DNA of 64,000 nt, taken from a candidate division WOR-3 bacterium (GTDB lineage: Bacteria > Hydrothermota > Tepidihabitantia > Tepidihabitantales > Tepidihabitantaceae). The DNA is taken from positions 1 through 64,000 of the forward strand of contig CBFGIT010000014.1 in assembly GCA_965648905.1 (NCBI GenBank), written 5' to 3'. A program made the translations under genes and the position numbers. The notes below the pieces were generated by a model. It saw only the letters and a program-made list of their open reading frames with translations. It was not told the origin of the DNA and searched no databases. Below, piece after piece: positions 40,251-50,728 of this stretch (positions are counted from its first letter, which is position 1; each line of letters begins with the position of its first letter).

Positions 40251-40850
40251 CTAGCCCCCTTCCTCACCCGGCAGCCGGAACCGCACCATCTTGCGCAAGA
40301 AGACCGTCACGTAGTTGACGAACGATACCACAATCAAGAGCCCGACCGAGTAGTCAACCAGCGACTTATAGCGGAGCAGCGCCGGCAATTCAAGCGTATA
40401 GTAGACAATCGTCAGGGCGAAGGCGGTGCCGGTAATCTTGCCGAGGACATCCGAGGAGACGAAGGAACCTCTTGTCTTCATGATGACTACACTGCCGGCG
40501 AGGATAAGGAGGTCGCGGAGAATAACGGCCGCGGCGAGGGCGATGGGCAGGTCCCGGACATACACCAGGCAGACCAGTACCGTGCCGACCCAGACTTTGT
40601 CCACCAGGTGGTCGAGTACGCGGCCGAGGTTCGAGACCTGGTCAAGGCGTCGCGCAAGCCAGCCGTCGAGTGCGTCGGTAATCCAGGACAGGCCCATCAC
40701 CGCGACGGCAACCACGCCCTGGCGACGGAAAATGAGCAGCAGGACGATGGGCAGCAGCAGAATCCGCGAGAGGCTGAGGAGGTTGGGGACGGTGATGAGT
40801 CGGGCCGCGCCCGAGGGTTGGCTGCGGCTCGGCTCGACCGGGCTGGTCAT
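40251..40850 (-). CDS. CDP-alcohol phosphatidyltransferase (PgsA-like)
   Basis: PNLLSLSR, TDALDGWLARR...GRVLDHLVDK. Confidence 0.9.
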   Translation of the reverse strand: MTSPVEPSRSQPSGAARLITVPNLLSLSRILLLPIVLLLIFRRQGVVAVAVMGLSWITDALDGWLARRLDQVSNLGRVLDHLVDKVWVGTVLVCLVYVRDLPIALAAAVILRDLLILAGSVVIMKTRGSFVSSDVLGKITGTAFALTIVYYTLELPALLRYKSLVDYSVGLLIVVSFVNYVTVFLRKMVRFRLPGEEGG

Positions 40851-42529
40851 GACCGGCGTTCTCTGAGCATTTCGCGGGCGTGAGCCAGGGTGGCGCGGGT
40901 GACCGTTGCTCCACCGGCCATGCGCGCCAGTTCGAGCACGCGCGATTCGTCATCGAGTTCGCGCACCTGAGTTCGGGTGCGCCCGGCTCGAGTTGTCTTC
41001 TCGACCAGGAAATGTCGGGATGCGTAGCGGGCAATCTGGGGGAGGTGGGTGATGCAGATGACCTGGTGGGTCTGGCTGAGTCGGGCGAGTCTTGAGCCAA
41101 CCGCGTCGGCAATACGACCGCCGATGCCGGTGTCGAGTTCGTCGAAGACAAGGGTGGGTACCGGGTCGGCGTTGGTGAGGACGGTCTTGAGCGCAAGCAT
41201 GATGCGCGACAACTCCCCGCCCGAAGCGACCTTGCGCAGGGGGCGCGGTTCTTCTCCGGGGTTTGCCGAGAAGAGGAACTCGGCTGTGTCCCAGCCCCGT
41301 TCGGTCAGCGCAGGAGCGGCCTGGTCGTCAGATCCGGACTGGATATTCATAAGCAGCTTCGCGGAAGCAAGCCCGACCGCGGCGAGTTCTTCGTGGGTCT
41401 GGGATTCGAGTCGGGAGCGGCTGCGCAGGCGCTGGCGCGAGAGTCTGCGGGCACGGGCAAACAGGTCGGTCTGGAGTTCCTCGACCTGAGCAGCGATGGT
41501 CTGGCGGCGGTCGCTGTCAGTGGCGAGGGTGTCGAGTTCGGCCCGGAGTCGCTGAGCAAGCGCCGGGAGTTCAGCCGCACTGACGCCGTACTTGCGTTCG
41601 AGCTTCGCAATCTGGAATAGACGCGCGTTGACTTCGTCAAGGCGCTGGGCCGAGTAGTCGAGTGTTTCACAATAGGCTGCGAGCTGGCGGGAGGTGTCGT
41701 TGATGGTCTCCCGGGCCTGGGTAAGACGGGCGCAGTGCTCGGTGAGGCGTTCGTCAATGCGACAGAGCTGGGTGAGGGCCTTTTCCGCCGCGGCGGTGAG
41801 GTCGTGCGCCGAGACCTCGCCCTCGGTGAGAAGCTGTCCGATTTCGTGGGCCAGGGCGTGGCGGCGTTCGGCAGTTTCGAGTAGCTTGCGTTCCTGCTCG
41901 AGCGCGGTTGGTTCCTCGGGGTTGACCGCGGCGTCAGAGAGTTCTCTTGCCTGGAACTCGGTCAGTTCGCGGCGTCGCCGACGTTCGGCCAGTTCCTGGT
42001 CAAGTTCAGCGAGCTCGGCCCGGAGTCGTTCACAGACGCGGAATCGTTCACTGAACTGGTTACGTTCCTCGGTAAGGCCGGCATAGGCGTCGAGGATGTC
42101 GAGGTGGACGTCGGGTTTGAGCAGGTACTGGTGCTGGTGCTGGCCGTGCAGGTCAACCAGTTGGTCGCCCAAGTGTTCAATGGTGGTGAGGGTGAGACTT
42201 GAGTCATTGGCGTAGCACGCACCTCGACCGGCTCGCTCGACCCGGCGCTTGAGAATCAGTTCCGGCTCGTCTTTGATGTCGATGCCAAGGGAACGGCAGT
42301 ACTCAACCACTTCCGGGCTGAGGGTGATTCGTGCTTCAATCTGGGCCGAGTCGGCGCCGGTCCTGATTGTGTCGGGGTCAGAACGTCCGCCCAGCAGCAG
42401 CGAGAGCGCACCGACGACGATCGACTTGCCGGCACCGGTCTCACCGGTCAGGACCGTCAGCCCTGGGCCGAACGCGAGCCGCAGCGACTCAATGAGCGCG
42501 AAGTCTCTGATGCTCAGTTCGGTCAGCAT
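40847..42529 (-). CDS. recN: DNA repair protein RecN
   Basis: TGETGAGKS, HGQH, ASGGELSRIMLALK, FDELDTGIGG, CITHLPQIA. Confidence 0.96.
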   Translation of the reverse strand: MLTELSIRDFALIESLRLAFGPGLTVLTGETGAGKSIVVGALSLLLGGRSDPDTIRTGADSAQIEARITLSPEVVEYCRSLGIDIKDEPELILKRRVERAGRGACYANDSSLTLTTIEHLGDQLVDLHGQHQHQYLLKPDVHLDILDAYAGLTEERNQFSERFRVCERLRAELAELDQELAERRRRRELTEFQARELSDAAVNPEEPTALEQERKLLETAERRHALAHEIGQLLTEGEVSAHDLTAAAEKALTQLCRIDERLTEHCARLTQARETINDTSRQLAAYCETLDYSAQRLDEVNARLFQIAKLERKYGVSAAELPALAQRLRAELDTLATDSDRRQTIAAQVEELQTDLFARARRLSRQRLRSRSRLESQTHEELAAVGLASAKLLMNIQSGSDDQAAPALTERGWDTAEFLFSANPGEEPRPLRKVASGGELSRIMLALKTVLTNADPVPTLVFDELDTGIGGRIADAVGSRLARLSQTHQVICITHLPQIARYASRHFLVEKTTRAGRTRTQVRELDDESRVLELARMAGGATVTRATLAHAREMLRERRS

Positions 42530-42531
42530 GG

Positions 42532-43341
42532 CTAGCGGCGGCTCCCGGTCCAGTTCAGTTTCTCGCGCATGATGCGAAAGAAATCCTTCCGCCGCGGAAC
42601 CACGAGCCGGACCGTGAAACCGGCACGGGTGAGCAGGACCCGGTGTCCGGGTTTGACGCGCCAGCGTTCCTGGCCGTCGAGGTTGAGAATCGCGCAGTCG
42701 GAGCGCGGGCTGAGCTCGAGCTCGACCCGGGTGTCGGCGGGCAGGAGCAACGGCCGGGCACCAAGCGCATGGGGCGAGAGCGGAGTCAAGAGAATCGCTT
42801 CCATCGTCGGCAGGACAACCGGTCCGCCGGCAGCCAGCGAGTACGCGGTTGAACCGGTGGGCGTGGCGATGACGACGCCATCGCCGACGAACTTGGTCAC
42901 GAACATGCCGTCAGCCCAGGCCGTGATGTCAATGACGCGGTTGTCCGGACCCATGTTGACGGCGCAGTCGTTCAGGCAGTATCCGGTTCGGCGCCCGTAG
43001 CGGCAACGCAACAGCATGCGTTGGGTCTCGGCATGGCGGGACCGGGCAAAGTCGCGGACGCCGGCACGGGCCTCACGGACTGAGAACAGGGTCAGAAACC
43101 CGAGCCCGCCCATGTTTACCCCCATGATGGGTACGGACCGACCCCGGACCAATCGGACGGCACGGAGCAGAGTGCCGTCACCACCCAGGGCCATGACGAG
43201 GTCGCATGAAGGGCTGACTGATTGCGCCCGGCGGCCGAGCACTGTCGGATGGTGGCCCAGGGTCTTGAGCCAGCCTGTGAACTCGGGTACGAACCTCGCG
43301 GCCGGCGGCTTGTTCTGGTTGACGACAAGGGCGATTCTCAT
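42532..43341 (-). CDS. nadK: NAD kinase
   Basis: GGDGTLL, G.LGFL, LND, GDGVVIATPTGSTAYSLAAGGP. Confidence 0.95.
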   Translation of the reverse strand: MRIALVVNQNKPPAARFVPEFTGWLKTLGHHPTVLGRRAQSVSPSCDLVMALGGDGTLLRAVRLVRGRSVPIMGVNMGGLGFLTLFSVREARAGVRDFARSRHAETQRMLLRCRYGRRTGYCLNDCAVNMGPDNRVIDITAWADGMFVTKFVGDGVVIATPTGSTAYSLAAGGPVVLPTMEAILLTPLSPHALGARPLLLPADTRVELELSPRSDCAILNLDGQERWRVKPGHRVLLTRAGFTVRLVVPRRKDFFRIMREKLNWTGSRR

Positions 43342-44213
43342 GCGGTGTGCTCCAGTTGAAGGAATCCGTAGCGGACTCGCCCGGCAAGGTCGCGTTCGAT
43401 TTCGACGGCGGGCGACGAGCGGCGCAGGAAACGGCCGTGCGTCGAGTCGACTTCGAGCGCCAGCAGACCACCCGGGGCGAGGAGTGCAGGACCATGGTCG
43501 AGCAGCATCCTGACAATACTAGTGCCTTCTGGCCCGCCATCAAGGGCGAGAGCGGGCTCGTGTTCGCGAACCCGAGGCCCGAGTCGGGCAAGCCGGCTGC
43601 TGGGAATGTAGGGCGGATTGGAGATGAGCAGGTCGATTCGGCTCCGATAGCGGGCAAAGAGCTGACCGGTCAGGGAGGCTGTCCGGACAAACCGGATGCG
43701 GGACAGGACCCGGAGCCGCCGGGCATTGTGCCGCGCAACCACGAGCGCTCTGGCTGAGCAGTCCGCGGCCAGTACCCTCATGCCTGGCCACAACCGGCAG
43801 AGCGCGATGGCGATGCAGCCCGAACCCGTGCCGAAGTCAAGGGCCAGCAGTCTGGAGCCCGGCCGGGTGCTTCTTCGTCGACGCAGTCGGTCGATCGCAC
43901 GCACGACCAGTTCCTCGGTCTCAGGACGTGGAATCAGAACATGGCGGTTCACAGCCAATTCGAAGTCGAGGAAGGGGGCCTTGCCGCAGGCGTACTGCAC
44001 CGGCTCGCCACGCCTGACCTTCGTCACGCACTCTCGGAAACGGGACCGGAGTCCGGCCGGTACCATGGCGTTCTCGTACAGCACGTGCCGGGTCACGCCG
44101 AGCAGGCTCATCAGCAGGAACTCGGCATCAGGGCGTGCTATTGTCCGGCTGGCTGCGCAGAGGAGGTCTGATACTCGGACCGAAGCGCCGCGAGAGCGGG
44201 TCACCGCACTCAA
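43338..44213 (-). CDS. prmC: Release factor glutamine methyltransferase PrmC (HemK)
   Basis: GEPVQY, VLIPRPETEELV, DFGTGSGCIA, SNPPYI, EPALALDGG; follows prfA. Confidence 0.94.
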   Translation of the reverse strand: MSAVTRSRGASVRVSDLLCAASRTIARPDAEFLLMSLLGVTRHVLYENAMVPAGLRSRFRECVTKVRRGEPVQYACGKAPFLDFELAVNRHVLIPRPETEELVVRAIDRLRRRRSTRPGSRLLALDFGTGSGCIAIALCRLWPGMRVLAADCSARALVVARHNARRLRVLSRIRFVRTASLTGQLFARYRSRIDLLISNPPYIPSSRLARLGPRVREHEPALALDGGPEGTSIVRMLLDHGPALLAPGGLLALEVDSTHGRFLRRSSPAVEIERDLAGRVRYGFLQLEHTA

Positions 44214-45286
44214 GTCTGGAGCTCGGCCTCGGCCTGCTCCAGTGCTGCGAACAGCTCGTCCAGTTTGCCGTCCATGACCGACGTGAGGTCGTGCACGGAG
44301 AAGCCGATGCGGTGGTCGGTCACCCGGTTCTGCGGAAAGTTGTAGGTACGGATTTTCTCACTCCGGTCGCCCGAGCCAATCTGGCGGCGCCGCGTCGAGT
44401 CGGTCTTGTTCCGCTCGGCTTCGCGCTGGGCTGCCAGCAGCCGGGCAGCAAGGACCTTCATCGCCTTGGCCTTGTTGCGGCCTTGAGACCGCTCGTCCTG
44501 ACACTGAACCGTGATGCCGGTGGGCAGGTGGGTGATGCGAACCGCGGAGTCGGTCACGTTGACGTGCTGGCCGCCGTGACCACCGGCCCGGAAGACATCA
44601 ATCCGCAGGTCGTCAGGGTTGATTCTCAGCTCGACCTCTTCGGGCTGGAGCAGGACTGCCACTGTGACGGTTGACGTGTGAATCCGACCCGAGGCCTCGG
44701 TCGCGGGGACGCGCTGCACCCGGTGGACGCCGCTCTCGAACCGGAAGAAACGGTATGGTTCGTCGCCTTCGACCGCAAAGATGACTTCCTTGTAGCCCTT
44801 CAGTTCACTCGGGCGCGAGTCCATTACTTCGACCTTCAGGTCGTGTTCCTCGGCAAACCGTGAATACATCCGAAACAGCTCGCCGGCAAACAGCGCCGAC
44901 TCCTGGCCGCCGGCCGCGGCCCGGATTTCGACGATGCAGCTCTTATCCCAATCCGGGGAGCGGGGCCGGAGAGCTTCTTCGAGTCGCGCGGCCAGTTGCT
45001 CGAGTTTCCGGTTCAACTCGGCCAGTTCCTGTTCGGCCAGAGCCTTGAGCTCAGAGTCGTCGGCCGCGGCGAGCATTTCGGCCGCACCAGTTGCCTCCCG
45101 TTCAAGCTGCTCGTACTGCTCAAGCAGCGTGATGCTGGCGTGGAGGTGACGATAATCGCGCGTCACCTGCTTGAGCCGGGCGACGTCAGCCGTCACTTTG
45201 GGGTCGGACAACTGGGACTCGAGCTCGGACAGTTGCTTGAGCAGGGGCTCGAACCGTCGGCGGAAAGCGTCGGCAGGTATGGGCAT
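44210..45286 (-). CDS. prfA: Peptide chain release factor 1
   Basis: ESGVHRVQRVPAT (PxT motif), GGQHVN, RSEKIRTYNFPQNR. Confidence 0.96.
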   Translation of the reverse strand: MPIPADAFRRRFEPLLKQLSELESQLSDPKVTADVARLKQVTRDYRHLHASITLLEQYEQLEREATGAAEMLAAADDSELKALAEQELAELNRKLEQLAARLEEALRPRSPDWDKSCIVEIRAAAGGQESALFAGELFRMYSRFAEEHDLKVEVMDSRPSELKGYKEVIFAVEGDEPYRFFRFESGVHRVQRVPATEASGRIHTSTVTVAVLLQPEEVELRINPDDLRIDVFRAGGHGGQHVNVTDSAVRITHLPTGITVQCQDERSQGRNKAKAMKVLAARLLAAQREAERNKTDSTRRRQIGSGDRSEKIRTYNFPQNRVTDHRIGFSVHDLTSVMDGKLDELFAALEQAEAELQT

Positions 45287-45495
45287 CAGTGGTTCGGTTG
45301 CGCGACCAGGCTAGTGGAACGAAGAACGCGGTCGGGAAGACAGGCAGGTCCGGCAGGCAGCAACGATGAGCACAGGTCATTATGCAGGTATCGGGGCGGC
45401 AGTCAAGTGCGGTTCCGTGGTTGGGCCCGGGCTGATTCCGGACGCGCTTCACGGCCGGCTTGACTTTTGCTGCCGGTGAGCTAACTTGAGCAGGC

Positions 45496-46665
45496 ATGGA
45501 TGAACTGAGACTTCGCTACGGCACGAACCCGCACCAGACCACGGCCCGCGCATTCGTCACCGAAGGCAAGCTGCCGTTCGAGGTACTGAACGGCCAGCCC
45601 GGTTACATCAACCTGCTTGATGCCCTCAATTCGTGGCAACTGGTCCGGGAACTGAAAGAGCTGACCGGCCTGAGCGCGGCAGCATCGTTCAAGCATACCA
45701 GTCCGGTCGGTGCGGCCATCGGCCAGCCGCTTTCCGAAGAACTGGCCGAATCATGTCTTGTAAGCGGCATGGAATTGTCGCCGCTCGCCTGTGCCTATGC
45801 TCGGGCCCGCGGGGCAGACCGGATGTCGTCGTTCGGAGACTGGGCAGCGTTCAGCGACCCGGTGGACGAGTCCAGCGCCCGGCTGCTGGCCCGTGAGGTA
45901 TCAGACGGGTGTGTTGCGCCCGGTTACGAGCCGGCCGCACTCGAGATTCTCAAAGGCAAGAAGAGCAGCAACTACCCGATTATCAAGATGGACCCGGACT
46001 TCGAGCCCGGGCCAAGAGAGCTGCGTCAGGTTTTCGGGGTCTCGCTCGAACAGGACAGAAACGCCGCGCGCATCACCGCAGCGTTGCTCGAGAAGGTCGT
46101 CACGCACAAGAAAGTGATTCCCGATTCGGCCCGAACCGACATGCTTATCGCGACTCTGGTTCTGAAGTACACCCAGTCCAACTCGGTCTGTCTGGCATAC
46201 GATGGCCAGGTCATCGGCTCGGGTGCGGGTCAGCAGTCGAGGATTCACTGCACCAGAATCGCCTGTGCCAAGGCGGACAAGTGGCTGCTGCGACTGCACC
46301 CGCGCGTACGCGGCCTTCAGTTCAAGAAGGACGTTACCCGGGTCCAGAAGTCGAACGCGGTTGACCTGTTTCTTGAGGAAGATGCGACCGAAGAGGAACT
46401 GGCAGCCTGGCGGTTGAACTTCGCATCAGTACCCGAGCGGCTCACCCGAGAGGAAAAGCAGGCCTGGATTGCCAGGTTCACAGGCGTGGCGCTGAGCTCG
46501 GATGCTTTCATTCCGTTTCGTGACAACATCGACCGGGCCGCGCGTTCGGGCGTGGGCTATGTGGTTCAGACCGGAGGCTCAAGCCGGGACGAGGGAGTCA
46601 TTCGAGCTGCGGACGAGTACGGCATGGTCATGGTCCTTACCGGTCTGCGGCTGTTTCTTCACTGA
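45496..46665 (+). CDS. AICAR formyltransferase (PurH transformylase domain only)
   Basis: LRYGTNPHQ, GYINLLDA, FKHTSP, KYTQSNS, GAGQQSRIHCT, SSDAFIPFRDN, RLFLH; no N-terminal IMP cyclohydrolase domain. Confidence 0.9.
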   Translation: MDELRLRYGTNPHQTTARAFVTEGKLPFEVLNGQPGYINLLDALNSWQLVRELKELTGLSAAASFKHTSPVGAAIGQPLSEELAESCLVSGMELSPLACAYARARGADRMSSFGDWAAFSDPVDESSARLLAREVSDGCVAPGYEPAALEILKGKKSSNYPIIKMDPDFEPGPRELRQVFGVSLEQDRNAARITAALLEKVVTHKKVIPDSARTDMLIATLVLKYTQSNSVCLAYDGQVIGSGAGQQSRIHCTRIACAKADKWLLRLHPRVRGLQFKKDVTRVQKSNAVDLFLEEDATEEELAAWRLNFASVPERLTREEKQAWIARFTGVALSSDAFIPFRDNIDRAARSGVGYVVQTGGSSRDEGVIRAADEYGMVMVLTGLRLFLH

Positions 46666-47563
46666 CCGCGGCCGGTTCGACATGGACAACGATGCCGGTG
46701 ATGTCCGGCATCTCGTTCCTGAGCTGCGACTCGACCTGAGACGCGATGTCGTGCCCCTGGCGGACCGTGAGCGCCGGGTCAACCTCGACGTGGACGTCCA
46801 TTTCAATCATGCCGCCGGCGCCCGAATGACGGGCCCGGAAGGCATGAAGTCCGAGAACGCCCGGAATCGCGGCGACCGCGGCACGCATCCGCTCGACGTC
46901 GGCCGGGGCCGGAGCCCGGTCGGACAGTTTCTGGAGCGATTCGCGGACGACCCGGATGCCGATGATGACGAGGAACGCGGCGAGTACGACCGCGGTGACG
47001 TGGTCAAGAAAGGCCCAGCGATCGCCACCGACGAGAGCCCCGGCAATGCCGACGGCGGCTGCGACCGAGGAAAAGGCATCGGAGCGGTGGTGCCAGGCGT
47101 TGGCCAGCACCGCGGGATTGCCGTAGCGCCGACCGACCGCGCGCGTCCACCAGTACAGGCTCTCCTTGAACACAATCGAGACGACCGCGGCCCAGAACGG
47201 CAGCCAGCCTCGGATTGCGCCGTGCTTCCTGCCCAAGGAGACAATCGACTCAATGCCTACAAACAGCGCGGCGGCGACCAGCAGCAGCCCGACAAACAGG
47301 GTGATAATCGACTCGTAACGCGAATGCCCGTAGTGGTGGTCGGCATCAGCCGGCCGCTTGGCCGCGGCGATACCCCAGAGCACGACAAAGTCACTGGCAA
47401 GGTCTGAGGCGCTGTGCAGGCCATCGGCGATGATGGCGCTCGAACCGGCGGCCAGCCCGACCAGGACCTTGCCGGTGGCGAGGAACAGATTGACCACCAG
47501 TCCGAACAGCGTCACCCTGCGCTCCTCGCGCAACTGACCGGCGGTCGCAGACTCGTTCGGCAC
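46637..47563 (-). CDS. Cation diffusion facilitator family transporter
   Basis: S.AIIADGLHSASD, HHYGH, AWHHRSD, HVEVD...GHDIA, HVEP; GTG start chosen from promoter TTGACT-16-TATGCT 7 nt upstream. Confidence 0.9.
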   Translation of the reverse strand: MPNESATAGQLREERRVTLFGLVVNLFLATGKVLVGLAAGSSAIIADGLHSASDLASDFVVLWGIAAAKRPADADHHYGHSRYESIITLFVGLLLVAAALFVGIESIVSLGRKHGAIRGWLPFWAAVVSIVFKESLYWWTRAVGRRYGNPAVLANAWHHRSDAFSSVAAAVGIAGALVGGDRWAFLDHVTAVVLAAFLVIIGIRVVRESLQKLSDRAPAPADVERMRAAVAAIPGVLGLHAFRARHSGAGGMIEMDVHVEVDPALTVRQGHDIASQVESQLRNEMPDITGIVVHVEPAAVSEETAADR

Positions 47564-48445
47564 GACCACAAGCATATTGACCGACAGCGGCCAGTCAAGC
47601 CGGGCTGATTGGGCAGACAGACGGACGGACGGAACGCAAGGGAGTCCGACGTGCGCGTACTCTGGAGTCTGGATGGGATAGTTCCGGGGAAGTGGAGCTT
47701 GTGCGGAGACTCGTTAGTGGAGATGCTGGTTGGGGCCTTGGAGGGGGCGAACCCGGCGCTCGGGCTAATCGGCGGATGCTCGTCAGGTCGGATACGTCCG
47801 GGCATGTGTGGGCGAGCTTTGCTCGGACCAATGGTCGTGATTTTGGGGATGTTCGTGGTCGTGCCTTTGGAAATGCCGGTGGTCATGCCTGCTGAAGTGC
47901 TGACAGGAATGACGCTGGCTGTGCTAGCGGTCGTGCTGTGTGGAATCAGGAGAGCAGTGACGACCGGCGTTCCTGGGATTGTGCCAGCCGCAATTCAGAG
48001 CGAGTCGCCAGCAGGCTGTACGTCGGCAATTCCGCCCGACATGTCTTGATGATTGCCGAGTCAGTCACAGTCGCCAGTAACGCTGGTCGCGCCAACTGTA
48101 ATGACAACGGGAATGCATCGGGGAACTGCCCACCGGGCGAGCCAGAGTTAGGTTCGTCGGGGCGGGTTGTGCGTGTAACTTTCTGAGAACTATTGCGTTA
48201 GCCGCAGTTTGCTGGCTGGTTGGTACGGGTCGCTTGATTGACCGACCTGCCGGCTTCGGAATCGTGCCGTCTCGAGTCCGGTCCTGCTGAGGTTGAAGGT
48301 ATTGGTCCGTTTGAGCCCGGGCTGCCAGACTTGACCTGAGCCCACCGCCGACTAGGATAGTGCGCCAGATGCAAACGTTCCAGCAGCATGCCGGTCAGGC
48401 GGCAGAGTCCGCTTCGGTTGGTCTTGCGCGTATTGAGGAGCAGGC

Positions 48446-49813
48446 GTGACTGAAGCTGACAGCGCAGGGCCGCTTGTCCTGGTCGTGGATGATGACCCCG
48501 AAGTCAGGAAGCTGCTTTCGTATCTGCTGAAGTTCGATGGTATGAACGTTGTCCCGGCAGCCACGGGCAAAGAGGCGCTCGACCTGCTCAGCACCCGGGA
48601 TTTCAGTCTGGCATTTCTCGACTATCAGTTGCCTGATACCGACGGGCTCAAGGTGCTCGCCGCGGCTCTGAAGGCGAAGCCAGCGCTGCCCGTTATCATG
48701 ATGTCGGGGTTCGGCACAATCAAGCTGGCGGTTCAGGCGACCAAGCAGGGAGCCTACGACTTCATCGAGAAGCCGCTTGACACCGACCGGGTGGTGATGA
48801 CCATGCGCCACGCGCTCGAACGTCAGCATCTTCAGCGTGAGGTTGCCACCCTGCGGGCAGTGTGCCGCTCCCAGTACGAGATGGTCGGCAATTCGACGGC
48901 AATGCAGCGGCTCCAGGAGATGATTGACCGGATTGCACCGTCTCGGGCCAGCGTGCTGATACTCGGCGAGAGCGGCGCAGGCAAGGAGCTGGCCGCGCGT
49001 GCTATCCACGACCGGAGTTCGGTTAAGTCCGGGCCGTTCGTGCGGATCAACTGCGCGGCAATTCCCCAGGAGTTGATTGAGAGCGAGCTGTTCGGCCATG
49101 AGAAGGGCGCGTTCACCGGCGCGGTTGCCCAGAAGCCGGGTAAGCTCGAACTGGCCGACTCGGGCACGGTGTTTCTCGACGAAGTCGGGGACATGAGTCT
49201 CTATGTCCAGGCCAAGCTGCTTCGGTTCCTGCAGGAAGGCGAGTTCGAACACGTCGGCGGGACCAAGACGATCAAGGTTGACGTCAGGACCCTTGCCGCC
49301 ACGAACAAGAACCTGGTTGAGGAAATCAGCCGACAGCGTTTCCGGGAGGACCTGTACTACCGGTTGAACGTCGTGACCCTGGAGGTGCCACCGCTGCGCG
49401 AGCGCAGAGAGGACATCCCGGTGCTGGCTGAGTACTTCCTTGCCCGCTATTGCGAGGAACATGCGGTTCCACTCAAGAGTCTGACCAGCGATGGTCTGGC
49501 TTTGCTTGCGGCTCAGAGCTGGCCGGGCAATATCCGCGAGTTTGCCAATGTCATCCAGCGCTCGGTTGTGCTCGTGCCCGGCCCGAACATCTCAGCCCAG
49601 GACATCGAGCCGCTGCTTATCACCCGAACCGGCGAAGGGCAGACGAGCAGGGCGCTGAAGGCCGCACGCGACGAGTTTGAACGGCGTCACATTACGTCGG
49701 TGCTTACCGAGTGTCGTGGCAGCGTCACCGAAGCTGCGCGTGTGCTAGAAGTCGAACGTACCAGTCTGTATCGTATCGCTGAGCGGCTCGGGCTGAAGCT
49801 CGAAGCCCGCTAG
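48446..49813 (+). CDS. NtrC-family sigma54-dependent response regulator
   Basis: Receiver (VDDD, FLD, GAYDFIEKP), GESGAGKE, GAFTGA, FLDEV, REDLYYRL, WPGNIRE, Fis-type HTH. Confidence 0.95.
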   Translation: MTEADSAGPLVLVVDDDPEVRKLLSYLLKFDGMNVVPAATGKEALDLLSTRDFSLAFLDYQLPDTDGLKVLAAALKAKPALPVIMMSGFGTIKLAVQATKQGAYDFIEKPLDTDRVVMTMRHALERQHLQREVATLRAVCRSQYEMVGNSTAMQRLQEMIDRIAPSRASVLILGESGAGKELAARAIHDRSSVKSGPFVRINCAAIPQELIESELFGHEKGAFTGAVAQKPGKLELADSGTVFLDEVGDMSLYVQAKLLRFLQEGEFEHVGGTKTIKVDVRTLAATNKNLVEEISRQRFREDLYYRLNVVTLEVPPLRERREDIPVLAEYFLARYCEEHAVPLKSLTSDGLALLAAQSWPGNIREFANVIQRSVVLVPGPNISAQDIEPLLITRTGEGQTSRALKAARDEFERRHITSVLTECRGSVTEAARVLEVERTSLYRIAERLGLKLEAR

Positions 49814-49962
49814 ATTTCCACCACAAAGAGCGTAGCCGAACGGCGACGCGGATGTTGTCAGACTACGACACCTGTCGTTGCTATCTGTTGCCAGCTCGGT
49901 CGGGCTAACCTGTAAATCTCGATAGTATGTAAGTTACATTCATCGGTAAGCCTGGTACCCGA

Positions 49963-49978
49963 TGGCACGTGGTCTGCA
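49963..49978 (+). promoter_or_regulatory. sigma54 -24/-12 promoter
   Basis: TGGCACGTGGTCTGCA with exact GG-N10-GC spacing, upstream of CDS 50094. Confidence 0.65.
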
Positions 49979-50093
49979 CTTCTCAAGTCATGACTCTAAT
50001 GCAGACCAATATCTCAGACCACTCCGGAAACTCTTATCAGAGTGCTGTGATGGTCGGACGAGTTGGTTATGACCCGGACTGCGGAGGTGCACG

Positions 50094-50570
50094 ATGACGA
50101 CTCTGGTTATGGCGGTGGGCGGCGGGATTGCACTGCTCGGACTGGCGGCGGTGTCGAAGCTCTTCAAGTATGCGTTGCTTCTGGGCGTGGCCGGACTTGG
50201 TTGCTATATCGGGGTCGTGCCGAGTGCCCGGTGCAAGGTTGAGGAGCGTGTGCGCGAGTACGTGCGTCAACTGCAGGGTGTGGACCGGGTACCTGAGAGC
50301 ATCTACGGTGAGGATACGGGCGACGAGGACGACGACCTGGACCCGGCGGGGGTCATTCCGGGCGACTATGACGATGTGGACGAGGTTGCGATGGACAACA
50401 TCAAGAGCGCAATCTGGCAGAGCGAAGCGGCAGAAGAGATTGTGTCCATCCTGGGCGAGGCGGAGCGGCATCCGGCCCGGCGGTTGCTGGACGTAGTGCG
50501 GGTGCTGCTCAAGGATGCGGCAGCAGATGCGAGCGGAGCGATTGATTCGGACGACTGGGATAACGACTAG
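50094..50570 (+). CDS. Hypothetical membrane-anchored acidic protein
   Basis: SD GGAGGT; two N-terminal hydrophobic segments; Asp/Glu-rich body. Confidence 0.65.
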   Translation: MTTLVMAVGGGIALLGLAAVSKLFKYALLLGVAGLGCYIGVVPSARCKVEERVREYVRQLQGVDRVPESIYGEDTGDEDDDLDPAGVIPGDYDDVDEVAMDNIKSAIWQSEAAEEIVSILGEAERHPARRLLDVVRVLLKDAAADASGAIDSDDWDND

Positions 50571-50728
50571 GCAGGGAACTCACCAGCGGGGGCGGGCAGC
50601 GATGCCCGCTCTCGCAGTTTGGTTGCTCGTCCGAAACCTGACGCCAAGCGCACCAACAACATGAAGGGTTCCAAACCTGTAACGGTGCTTTGTTGTGAGC
50701 TCGCGTACCGGGGTGCGCCGCCCGAGGC

